Source of the DNA: Flavobacteriales bacterium
Lineage (GTDB): Bacteria; Bacteroidota; Bacteroidia; Flavobacteriales_C; GCA-002722245
Direction of reading: 5' to 3'
Assembly: GCA_045561495.1 (NCBI GenBank)
Contig: JBJKXR010000007.1
Coordinates: 1 to 55,829 of the forward strand
DNA length: 55,829 bases
Shown in pieces: positions 30,858 through 41,273 of the stretch. The notes beneath the pieces were generated by a model that worked only from the letters and a program-made list of their open reading frames with translations, was not told where the DNA came from and made no database searches. Numbering within the stretch: position 1 is the first letter of the stretch; the number at the start of each line of letters is the position of its first letter. The position numbers and the translations under genes are program-made.

Positions 30858-32024
30858 CTATGATAATTTTTGAAAGGTTTGATACCATCTATTTGGTACT
30901 TCTCCACTTAATGCTGCTTCATAATCGGAATAACTACAAGGAACCATCTGATGACGAACAAAACGACTATTGAAGTCTGAAGGATGCGGAACTTCCATCC
31001 ACCACCTTCCACTATCACTCTTATAAAATATAAGTTCATGCTCCTTGTTTTTTTCAATGGCTACATGATATTTTTTATATTTTGATTTGTTCGCCACAGG
31101 ATAATCACCCTTTCTTTCACGATACCCTTGTATAAAATACCAAATCATTTGAGACAATAACATTGCTCCATTTTTAGTTGGATCATGAATAGGATTATAA
31201 TTATATATTCCAAATGAAGTCAACTTATCGGATAATCCTGCGTAACGAGAGATCCTACAGATTTCATCACTTAAAAACCCATTTGGATTGGGTTTAGAAT
31301 ACCCTGAAAATTCAGATCCTTTAATGGCATTTACATCAAAACTTAGTATATCAGCATTTCTTACAATCGCCTCCATTTCTTCTATATTTTGACGAACTGC
31401 ACCTAGACGATATGCATCAAAATGCATTCGTTCCATCATTGCATCAATTTCTTTTTCAACGAAATATGATTGGTAACCCACTGAGCTAAAGTTAAATAAG
31501 AAGTTTGGCTGATGCATAATTATATGATTGATAAAATTATCCTCCGTAATCTCATTTTCAATCACTCCTAAGTCAATTGATCGATCAATACTAACTAAAT
31601 TAACAACCTGTTCTAAGTTCTCATAGGCCTGATAGTTCGCATAAGTTAAATCATGACTTCCCCCAATTATGATTGGGACAACTTCTTTTTTAACCAATTC
31701 TGTGACTACAGAAGTTAATGCAAAGTAAGTATCCTTATACGTGTTTCCAGCCAATACATTTCCTAAATCTAGTATTTTTATATTTTCTCCAAAACGATGA
31801 TAAAGACTATACAGTTGCTCTCTAATTCTGTCTGGAGCAGATCCACAGCCATCATTACCACTATTACCACGTTGCTCCATTACGCCAATAACAGCAATAT
31901 CAAAATCGAACAAATTTACATCTTCCGAATATTGAGTAACAGTCTTTCCAATTGTATTTTTATTCCAATTTTCCTTAGATACAATGCTTTTGTCAAGTTG
32001 ATTCAAGTAAATACTTAAGCTCAT
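30858..32024 (-). CDS. Arginase-family protein (formimidoylglutamase-like)
   Basis: DLGN, IIGGSHDLT, GYQSY, PNGF, RYAG.SDK, RWWMEV; TGATG overlap with topA, conserved order in Bacteroidota. Confidence 0.82.
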   Translation of the reverse strand: MSLSIYLNQLDKSIVSKENWNKNTIGKTVTQYSEDVNLFDFDIAVIGVMEQRGNSGNDGCGSAPDRIREQLYSLYHRFGENIKILDLGNVLAGNTYKDTYFALTSVVTELVKKEVVPIIIGGSHDLTYANYQAYENLEQVVNLVSIDRSIDLGVIENEITEDNFINHIIMHQPNFLFNFSSVGYQSYFVEKEIDAMMERMHFDAYRLGAVRQNIEEMEAIVRNADILSFDVNAIKGSEFSGYSKPNPNGFLSDEICRISRYAGLSDKLTSFGIYNYNPIHDPTKNGAMLLSQMIWYFIQGYRERKGDYPVANKSKYKKYHVAIEKNKEHELIFYKSDSGRWWMEVPHPSDFNSRFVRHQMVPCSYSDYEAALSGEVPNRWYQTFQKLS

Positions 32025-34357
32025 CACTTCTTCTTAGTTGAATTTTTCTTAGTAGTTTTTCTTTTTGCCCCCTTTTTAGGTTGATTCTTCATAATATGAA
32101 CCACTTCATCAAATGCTAGGTCTTTGGCCTCAACATCTTTTGGAATTTTATAATTTTTTCGACCTTGTTTGATATAAGGTCCCCAACGTCCATTTAATAC
32201 TTGAATTTCTCCATCCTCATGATCAAAAGCGTTGATGAATTTTTCAGCATCCGCTTTCTTTTTGGCGGCAATTAGTTCTAAAGCTCTATCAAGAGTAATA
32301 TCTAACGGATCTTCCTCTTTTGGAATACTTGCAAACAAAGAACCGTTTTGAACATAGGGTCCAAACCTTCCAATATTTGCTTTAACGGGTTTCCCTTCCA
32401 ATTCACCAAGTGTTCTTGGCAGCTTAAACAGCTCCAATGCATCTTCTAAACTGAGATTTTGTATACTCTGACCTTTTCGTAAGCCGGAAAATTTAGGCTT
32501 TTCCTCACTACCCTCAACGATTTCTCCAATTTGTGCAATGGGGCCAAACTTCCCCATTCGAACAATTACCTTTTTACCTGATTTTGGATCAATACCCAAT
32601 TCACGTTCACCAGTAATCCTTTCCGAATTTTCAATTGTTTCTTCAACATTTTCATGAAACGGATGATAAAAAGAATCGATCATCGATTTCCAATCTTTCA
32701 ATCCTTGAGCAATTTGATCAAACTGCTGCTCAACTTCAGCTGTAAAACCATAATCAACAATCTTACTGAAATTCTGAACTAAAAAATCATTTACCAACAT
32801 TCCTATATCCGTAGGAAAGAGTTTATTTTTTTCGGCCCCTGTAATTTCGGTCCGATCAAATGAATTTAGGTGACCTCCTTCTAAAGTGATAAACTTATAT
32901 TGTCGCTCCAAGCCTTCTCGCTCTTCCTTAATTACATATGTCCTTTTTTGAATGGTTGATATTGTTGGTGCATACGTAGAAGGTCGACCAATACCCTTAT
33001 CTTCCATTGCTTTTACTAAACTAGATTCTGTATATCTCGGAGGGTGCTTTGTGAAACGTTCACGTGCATTCATATTGGTTAAAACTAACTCTTCACCATT
33101 TATCAAATTAGGCAACATTCCTTCTTCCTCTTCTTGGTCTTCATCTGTAGATTCTAAATATAATTTTAAAAACCCATCAAACTTCAACACCTCACCTTTA
33201 GCTACTAAATCTTTCTCTGCCTTAGACACATTTATCGTAACGGTTGTGCGCTCTAGTTCAGCATCAGACATCTGAGAAGCTACAGCCCGTTTCCATATTA
33301 ATTCGTACAACCTTTGATTTTGATAATCTCCATCGACTTGACGCTTGCTAAAATCAGTTGGACGAATAGCCTCGTGAGCCTCCTGCGCATCTTTGTTTTT
33401 AGTTCTAAAAATGCGTTTATTATGGTACTCAGGACCATAGGAACTTACAACCTCATCTCTAATTCCATCAAGTGCGAAATTGGACATGTTTGTAGAGTCC
33501 GTTCTCATGTATGTTATATGCCCCTGTTCATACAGTTTTTGAGCTACAGACATCGTTTGTCCAACGGCATATCCTAATTTGCGACCGGCTTCCTGTTGAA
33601 GAGTAGAGGTTGTGAATGGAGCAACTGGACTTTTCTTGGCTGGTTTTTTATCTAATTTTACTACTGAAAAGATAGAATCTGCACTCTTTTGCAAAAATTC
33701 AAGTGCCTCAGATTCTGTTTTTAAATTTCTGGATAATGTCGCTTGGAATACATTTCCTTTAGCATCAAAATGAGCAACAACTCTAAATGAACTTTCTGAA
33801 CTAAAATCTTGTATTTCTCTTTCACGTTCAACAATTAGCCGCACAGCAACCGACTGCACTCTACCTGCAGAAAGTGAAGGCTTAACTTTCCTCCACAAAA
33901 CTGGAGATAATTCAAAACCAACTAATCTATCCAATACCCTTCTTGCTTGTTGTGCATTCACCAAATTAAAGTCAATTGATCTTGGCTTGTTGATGGCTTT
34001 TAAAATGGCATCTTTAGTGATTTCATTGTACACAACTCTTCTTGTTTTAGATTCATCCAATTTCAAGGCCTCTAACAAGTGCCAAGAAATAGCCTCTCCT
34101 TCACGGTCTTCATCAGTTGCTAACCAAACAACATCTGCTTTTTTGGCTAAATCCTTTAACTCTTTAACCACAGCTTTTTTATCTGGTGAAATTTCATAAG
34201 TGGGTTCAAAATTATTTTCAGTATCAACACCCAATCCTTTCTTCACCAAATCTCTTATATGTCCTATACTAGATCGAACCGTATAATCTTTGCCCAAATA
34301 TTTCTCAATTGTTTTCGCCTTAGCTGGAGACTCGACAATAACTAGGTTTTTTGCCAT
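32024..34357 (-). CDS. topA: DNA topoisomerase I
   Basis: VIVESPAKAKTI, ATDEDREGE, SAGRVQS, ITYMRTDS, QEAHEAIRPT, GRPSTY, C-terminal GRFGPY repeats. Confidence 0.98.
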   Translation of the reverse strand: MAKNLVIVESPAKAKTIEKYLGKDYTVRSSIGHIRDLVKKGLGVDTENNFEPTYEISPDKKAVVKELKDLAKKADVVWLATDEDREGEAISWHLLEALKLDESKTRRVVYNEITKDAILKAINKPRSIDFNLVNAQQARRVLDRLVGFELSPVLWRKVKPSLSAGRVQSVAVRLIVEREREIQDFSSESSFRVVAHFDAKGNVFQATLSRNLKTESEALEFLQKSADSIFSVVKLDKKPAKKSPVAPFTTSTLQQEAGRKLGYAVGQTMSVAQKLYEQGHITYMRTDSTNMSNFALDGIRDEVVSSYGPEYHNKRIFRTKNKDAQEAHEAIRPTDFSKRQVDGDYQNQRLYELIWKRAVASQMSDAELERTTVTINVSKAEKDLVAKGEVLKFDGFLKLYLESTDEDQEEEEGMLPNLINGEELVLTNMNARERFTKHPPRYTESSLVKAMEDKGIGRPSTYAPTISTIQKRTYVIKEEREGLERQYKFITLEGGHLNSFDRTEITGAEKNKLFPTDIGMLVNDFLVQNFSKIVDYGFTAEVEQQFDQIAQGLKDWKSMIDSFYHPFHENVEETIENSERITGERELGIDPKSGKKVIVRMGKFGPIAQIGEIVEGSEEKPKFSGLRKGQSIQNLSLEDALELFKLPRTLGELEGKPVKANIGRFGPYVQNGSLFASIPKEEDPLDITLDRALELIAAKKKADAEKFINAFDHEDGEIQVLNGRWGPYIKQGRKNYKIPKDVEAKDLAFDEVVHIMKNQPKKGAKRKTTKKNSTKKK

Positions 34358-34467
34358 ATATATTGTTTTTAAAAACTAGTAACACACAATACTAGAATTT
34401 GCAAAATAAAGCATTTCATCTTATATATTCCAAATCCTTTTTACAAGATAAACGGTTAGTTAATCCT

Positions 34468-34485
34468 ATTAACCTATAGGTTAAT
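34468..34485. promoter_or_regulatory. Perfect 18-bp palindrome in the divergent topA/miaB region
   Basis: ATTAACCTATAGGTTAAT is its own reverse complement. Confidence 0.5.
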
Positions 34486-34498
34486 GATTTTTAACGAT

Positions 34499-34537
34499 AT
34501 GACATATTGTCATTTATTCAATTAAAACGTACCTTTG
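34499..34537 (+). promoter_or_regulatory. miaB operon promoter with overlapping TGACA-N3-TGTCA operator
   Basis: The ATGACA-TAT-TGTCAT palindrome (34499-34513) overlaps TTG (-33, 34507-34509), which lies 20 nt before TACCTTTG (-7, 34530-34537). Confidence 0.6.
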
Positions 34538-34554
34538 TAATTCAATTTTTCAAA

Positions 34555-36009
34555 ATGGGAGAACAGGAGGAAATGTTAGAGGAAAGTCGTCAGGGTGAGG
34601 TTTTAGAACTGAATCCCTTTAACGAAACCCAGACAGGTAAGAAATTGTACATCGAAAGCTATGGGTGTCAAATGAACTTTGCCGATAGTGAAATCGTGGC
34701 TTCCGTTTTAGGAAATGAAGGGTACACTACTACAACAAATATGGAAGAAGCTGATTTAGTTTTTCTAAATACGTGTTCCATCCGCGACAAAGCTGAAGAA
34801 ACCATACGCAAAAGACTTAAAACCATTAAACACGACCCTAAAAAGAAAAAGGATGTTAAGATTGGAGTTTTGGGTTGTATGGCCGAACGATTAAAAGAGA
34901 AATTATTAGAAGAGGAAAAATTAGTTGACTTGGTTGCTGGACCAGACGCTTATCGAAAATTACCTGAATTGGTTGACGATATTGAGGATGGGCAAAAAGC
35001 TGTTAACGTTCTATTATCTCGAGAAGAAACTTATGATGATATTGAGCCTGTAAGAATAAATTCCAATGGGGTTACTGCATTTGTTTCAATTATGAGAGGT
35101 TGTGATAATATGTGTACATTCTGCGTTGTTCCTTTCACAAGAGGGAGAGAGCGATCAAGAAATGCAGAATCTATAGTAAACGAATGTAAAGACCTTCACA
35201 GAAAAGGATATAAAGAAGTTACTTTATTGGGTCAGAATGTTGATTCCTATCGTTGGTCTGAAAATCGAAATTTAAGAGGGAGGAAATTAAGAGAAGCTCC
35301 AAGAGACGAAGTAATTGATTTCGCTAAATTACTCATAATGGTAGCTGAAATCTCACCGAGTTTAAGAGTTCGATTTAGCACTTCTCATCCTAAAGATATT
35401 ATTGATGAAGTAATGTTTGCTATTCGAGATTATAAAAACATATGCGAATACATTCATTTACCTGCTCAAAGTGGTAATACTAGGATATTGAAAAAAATGA
35501 ACCGCACCTACACTCGAGAATGGTACGATGCAAAAATTAACCGGATACGAGAAGTTATTCCAAACTGTGCTATTTCCACTGATATCATAACAGGTTTTTG
35601 CTCTGAGACTGATGAAGAACACCAAGACACTGTTTCATTAATGAAACAAGTTCGTTATGAACTTGCCTACATGTTCTTTTATTCCGAAAGACCAGGGACT
35701 TTAGCACAAAAGAAATTTGAAGATGATGTTTCAGAGGATGTTAAAAAAAGTAGATTAAAGGAAATTATTGATGTTCAAACTAAAATAAACAAAGAGCTAA
35801 ACGAGGAAGAAATAGGTGAAATCTATGAAGTTTTAGCTGAGGGAATTTCCAAACGAGATGAAAATGATTTCAGAGGAAGAAACAGTCAAAACAAAGTGAT
35901 TATATTCCCTAGAGAAAATTTCAAGATAGGGGACTATATAAAAGTGAAAGTTGAAAAATCTACATCGGCCACTTTAATTGGTAAAGCTGTAGGAATAGTA
36001 AACTATTAA
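34555..36009 (+). CDS. miaB: tRNA-2-methylthio-N6-dimethylallyladenosine synthase MiaB
   Basis: YGCQMN, NTCSIR, GCMAER, radical [15 protein letters not shown] domain. Start ATG 34555 lies downstream of the promoter. Confidence 0.97.
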   Translation: MGEQEEMLEESRQGEVLELNPFNETQTGKKLYIESYGCQMNFADSEIVASVLGNEGYTTTTNMEEADLVFLNTCSIRDKAEETIRKRLKTIKHDPKKKKDVKIGVLGCMAERLKEKLLEEEKLVDLVAGPDAYRKLPELVDDIEDGQKAVNVLLSREETYDDIEPVRINSNGVTAFVSIMRGCDNMCTFCVVPFTRGRERSRNAESIVNECKDLHRKGYKEVTLLGQNVDSYRWSENRNLRGRKLREAPRDEVIDFAKLLIMVAEISPSLRVRFSTSHPKDIIDEVMFAIRDYKNICEYIHLPAQSGNTRILKKMNRTYTREWYDAKINRIREVIPNCAISTDIITGFCSETDEEHQDTVSLMKQVRYELAYMFFYSERPGTLAQKKFEDDVSEDVKKSRLKEIIDVQTKINKELNEEEIGEIYEVLAEGISKRDENDFRGRNSQNKVIIFPRENFKIGDYIKVKVEKSTSATLIGKAVGIVNY

Positions 36010-36017
36010 GAATTAAT

Positions 36018-37283
36018 ATGAATGCAACGCTTACGGGTATAAAACAACGGTTTGGAATAATTGGCAATTCTAAATTATTAAATGATGCTATTGATGTAGC
36101 TATGCAGGTAGCACCTACTGACCTATCCGTTTTAGTAACAGGCGGAAGTGGAGTTGGTAAAGAAAGTTTTGCTAAAATTATACATTATCAAAGCGCAAGA
36201 AAACACAACGACTTTATTGCTGTAAACTGTGGAGCCATTCCAGACGGTACTATTGATTCAGAATTGTTTGGTCATGAAAAAGGAGCCTTTACTGGTGCAG
36301 TTGATCAAAGAAAAGGCTATTTTGAAGTAGCCAATAATGGAACAATATTCCTTGATGAAGTAGGTGAACTACCTATGAGTACTCAAGCTAGACTGCTTAG
36401 AGTCTTAGAGGCTGGCGAATTCATAAAAGTAGGTTCATCTAAAGTTCAAAAAGTAAACATAAGAGTTGTTGCGGCAACCAACCTAGATATTCCTAAAGCA
36501 ATTAAAAGAGGTAAATTTAGAGAAGATTTATATTACCGTTTAAACACAATTCCCATTAAAGTACCTTCATTACGTGAACGCAAAGAAGATATTTATTTGC
36601 TTTTTAGAAAGTTCTCTATTGATTTGGCTGAAAAGTACAGGATGCCGCCTTTACGATTGGATGAAGAATCTAGAGAAATCTTAGAAAATTACAGATGGCC
36701 TGGAAATATCCGTCAACTAAAAAATATTGCTGAACAAATTTCAGTTATTGAAGAAAACAGACTAGTTACCCGAAACCAACTTTTGAAATACCTTCCAGAA
36801 GCTGGCTCATCAAACCTACCTATAATTATTGGTAAAGGTGGAGAACATGATTATGATTCTTTTCAAAACACCGAATGGAAAAAAGAACGAGAGTTGCTTT
36901 ATAAAGCTCTATTCGATATGAAAAAAGAGCTCGGTGACTTGAAAAGTGTAGTTGCGGAATTGGTTAAAAACAGAGGTGATGTTGGAGATACAGAAAAAGC
37001 CTACCAACAGTTGCACTTAGACTCTGATGTAGCTCCAACGCAAGATTATTCTGCTTATCCTATGGCTGTTAATACTCCTTTCAAAACAAAATCAAACCAA
37101 GATGACTTTGACGAAAGCCATGAAGTGGTTGAGGAAAGTTTATCTTTAGCTGAGAGAGAAAAAGAATTCATAATCAAAGCGCTTGAAAAACATAAAGGAA
37201 GAAGAAAAAATGCAGCTCAAGAATTGGGGATTTCAGAACGGACTTTGTATCGAAAAATAAAAGAATACGATATTCAACAATGA
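36018..37283 (+). CDS. Sigma54-dependent transcriptional activator (AAA+ plus Fis HTH, no N-terminal sensory domain)
   Basis: GGSGVGKE Walker A, intact GAFTGA, FLDE, FREDLYYRL, WPGNIRQL, AAQELGISERTLYRK. Confidence 0.93.
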   Translation: MNATLTGIKQRFGIIGNSKLLNDAIDVAMQVAPTDLSVLVTGGSGVGKESFAKIIHYQSARKHNDFIAVNCGAIPDGTIDSELFGHEKGAFTGAVDQRKGYFEVANNGTIFLDEVGELPMSTQARLLRVLEAGEFIKVGSSKVQKVNIRVVAATNLDIPKAIKRGKFREDLYYRLNTIPIKVPSLRERKEDIYLLFRKFSIDLAEKYRMPPLRLDEESREILENYRWPGNIRQLKNIAEQISVIEENRLVTRNQLLKYLPEAGSSNLPIIIGKGGEHDYDSFQNTEWKKERELLYKALFDMKKELGDLKSVVAELVKNRGDVGDTEKAYQQLHLDSDVAPTQDYSAYPMAVNTPFKTKSNQDDFDESHEVVEESLSLAEREKEFIIKALEKHKGRRKNAAQELGISERTLYRKIKEYDIQQ

Positions 37284-37771
37284 AAAAACTACTGATAATC
37301 GCTTTATCATGCATTGCCCTAGGGTGTAAAGTAAGCTATTCTTTTAGAGGGGGTGAAATACCTGGACAAACCTTTAGCATAGAAAGCTTCACCAATACAG
37401 CTACACTAGTAAACCCTAATTTGGCTATAGTGATGCAAGATGAATTGCAAGAAAGGTTTACCAATGAATCAAATTTAAAATATACCAACGGAGTTGGCGA
37501 GGCGCATTTCAAAGGGGTAATTACTAAATATGCTATAACCCCCCTTCAAGGTACTGGAAATGAAATCGTAGCATTGAACCGATTAACGATTTCTGTTAAA
37601 GTAACCTACACCAACTCCGAAAATGATGCTCAAGATTTTGATAAAACATTCACAAGCTTTGATGATTTCGAATCAACCGAAGATTTTTCCTCAATTGAGG
37701 ATGCATTAATGGAAAGTATTTCAGAAAAATTGGTAGCTTTAGTTTACAATGAGACATTAATGGAATGGTAA
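37280..37771 (+). CDS. lptE: LPS assembly lipoprotein LptE family
   Basis: Lipobox LGC, YSF.G, F.N.A.LV.P, RLTISVKV.Y.N, terminal W; conserved after the activator. Confidence 0.82.
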   Translation: MKKLLIIALSCIALGCKVSYSFRGGEIPGQTFSIESFTNTATLVNPNLAIVMQDELQERFTNESNLKYTNGVGEAHFKGVITKYAITPLQGTGNEIVALNRLTISVKVTYTNSENDAQDFDKTFTSFDDFESTEDFSSIEDALMESISEKLVALVYNETLMEW

Positions 37772-37774
37772 ATT

Positions 37775-38743
37775 ATGAATAAGGAAATTTTCAACCAACT
37801 CATAAAAAACCCTGCAAATGTTCATCCTAAATATAAGGACAATCTGAAAACATTAGTCGATGCTTTTCCATATGCAACGAACATTAGATTGCTTTACCTA
37901 TCCTCACTACTAAATGATGCTGATGTTCTTTTTGAACAAGAGCTCAAAAAAACGGCAGCATATATTTCAGACAGAAGAATTCTTAAACAAATAATTTCAA
38001 AAACTCCTCCGAAAGAGAATTACATTATTCAAGAGCCAATAATGAAAGTGGTTGCCAAAGAAACAGAAAATTCTGTTCCGGATAACGACAAAATTACAAC
38101 TCAAAAGGAACCTGAAACTAAAAACACAATCGAATCTAAGGATGATGAAAACAATACAACAAAAAAACCGAAATCTTTAAATGAATCTTTAGAAAAGGTA
38201 AAGGACAGTGAAAGCTCATTAAAAAAACCGGAAGAAATAAATAAAGAATCAAATACAACTGAAAAAAACAAATCAATTAAGGAGCTTGATGATTTGATTG
38301 TCAGCTCAGCTATTGGCGCATCTATTTCCTTAGATATAGATGTAGTTTCCACTGAAATTAATAAAGAAAAAGTTGAAGAAAACAATACTCCTAAATCATT
38401 TTTAGAATGGATTAAAGCCTCTGAAGCTAAAGAAATTAGACCTGAACTTAATCCTAAACAAAAAGAACGTATTGAATTTAAAGAGAGAGCTGAAGTATTA
38501 ATTAATCAATTCATTCAAAACCAACCAAAAATTAAACCCAAAGCCGAATTTTACTCTGCTGAAAACATGGCTAAAAAAAGCATTGAAGATTCAGAAGAGA
38601 TTGTAACAGAAACATTAGCTAAGGTATATGCTGTACAGGGAAATATAGCTAAGGCAAAAAGTATTTATAATCAGTTAATTTTGAAAAATCCAGAAAAAAA
38701 GAGTTACTTTGCATCCCTCATTAACGGTTTGAGGTCAGAATAG
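37775..38743 (+). CDS. Conserved hypothetical protein with C-terminal TPR-like motif
   Basis: N-terminal FPY motif, low-complexity linker, LI.QFI...PKI, TETLAKVY..QG...KA..IY..L.LKNPEKKSYFA. Confidence 0.8.
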   Translation: MNKEIFNQLIKNPANVHPKYKDNLKTLVDAFPYATNIRLLYLSSLLNDADVLFEQELKKTAAYISDRRILKQIISKTPPKENYIIQEPIMKVVAKETENSVPDNDKITTQKEPETKNTIESKDDENNTTKKPKSLNESLEKVKDSESSLKKPEEINKESNTTEKNKSIKELDDLIVSSAIGASISLDIDVVSTEINKEKVEENNTPKSFLEWIKASEAKEIRPELNPKQKERIEFKERAEVLINQFIQNQPKIKPKAEFYSAENMAKKSIEDSEEIVTETLAKVYAVQGNIAKAKSIYNQLILKNPEKKSYFASLINGLRSE

Positions 38744-38752
38744 ATATTAGAC

Positions 38753-39040
38753 ATGACTTTATTAAGTATATTAATTATAATAATTTCGGTACTACTAGTG
38801 TTAGTAGTAATTATTCAAAATAGTAAGGGTGGTGGTTTAGATGCCAATATAGCTTCTCAAAACCAATCTTTCGGAGCAAAAAAAACTACTGAAATTGTAG
38901 AGAAGGTAACTTGGTATTTAATTGGTGCTTTGGCTATTTTATGTATTGTATCGACTAAATCAGTTTCAACTGGAGAATCAGAATCTGGTCAAGAGAATTC
39001 TACAAACCAAACTACGCAGCAAGATGATACTGGAAAATAA
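38753..39040 (+). CDS. secG: Preprotein translocase subunit SecG
   Basis: Two TM helices, QNSKGGGL, G.KKTT..VEK.TW. Confidence 0.93.
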   Translation: MTLLSILIIIISVLLVLVVIIQNSKGGGLDANIASQNQSFGAKKTTEIVEKVTWYLIGALAILCIVSTKSVSTGESESGQENSTNQTTQQDDTGK

Positions 39041-39065
39041 TGCTCTAATTCATTAAAATAAAAAA

Positions 39066-39090
39066 TGCCAGCCTGTCATCACTGCTGACA
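39066..39090. promoter_or_regulatory. Candidate upstream activator sequence for groESL
   Basis: TGCCA-GCC-TGTCA-TCACTGC-TGACA, centred about 110 bp upstream of the predicted sigma54 start site. Confidence 0.5.
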
Positions 39091-39162
39091 CTATTTATTT
39101 CATCCTATCATAAATCGGTAATATTGACGTATAAAAAGACTATTTTTATACACTTTATTAAA

Positions 39163-39178
39163 TGGCATGCAAAGTGCT
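39163..39178 (+). promoter_or_regulatory. Sigma54 (-24/-12) promoter of groESL
   Basis: TGGCATG-CAAA-GTGCT versus consensus TGGCAYR-N4-TTGCW; GG-N10-GC spacing is exact. Confidence 0.7.
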
Positions 39179-39214
39179 AAACAAAATAAAATTTATAACC
39201 TTAATATTTAGAAA

Positions 39215-39490
39215 ATGTCAGTAAGTGTAAAACCATTAGGAGACAGAGTTTTAATTAAGCCTGCTCTAGCAGAAGAAAAAACTGCTTCGGGAATAATTAT
39301 ACCCGATACGGCAAAAGAAAAACCTCAAAAAGGCGAGATTATAGCTATTGGGGATGGGAAAAAAGATGAACCTTTAAATGTAAAAGTTGGTGATACTGTA
39401 ATTTATGGAAAGTATTCAGGAACAGAGTTAGCTTATGAAGGGGTTGATTATTTAATTATGAGAGAAGCGGATATTTTCGCAATCGTTTAA
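39215..39490 (+). CDS. groES: Co-chaperonin GroES
   Basis: [34 protein letters not shown]. Confidence 0.98.
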   Translation: MSVSVKPLGDRVLIKPALAEEKTASGIIIPDTAKEKPQKGEIIAIGDGKKDEPLNVKVGDTVIYGKYSGTELAYEGVDYLIMREADIFAIV

Positions 39491-39502
39491 AAAACAGTTT
39501 AA

Positions 39503-41143
<1,641 letters not shown>

Positions 41144-41166
41144 AATACATTTTTATTCAAATAAAT

Positions 41167-41195
41167 AAAAGAGCCCGTATAATCGGGCTTTTTTT
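41167..41195 (+). terminator. Intrinsic terminator after groEL
   Basis: AAAAGAGCCCG-TATAAT-CGGGCTTTTTTT. Confidence 0.9.
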
Positions 41196-41273
41196 ATGCC
41201 CAGTTCAGAAACAATAGTTACAAAAATCTCGTAACTTAAATAGCCTAGCAAAACTAAAATTATATTATATACG

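Noticed and set aside
39124-39154. E. coli-type sigma70 promoter TTGACG...TATACA
   Set aside because: The Bacteroidota primary sigma factor uses -33/-7 elements, the -10 match is poor, and the region is AT-rich.
39154-39180. CIRCE element upstream of groES (AAGTGCTAA resembles the right arm GAGTGCTAA)
   Set aside because: The left arm at the required N9 spacing is TTTATTAAA, not TTAGCACTC. The bases are better explained as the sigma54 -12 element.
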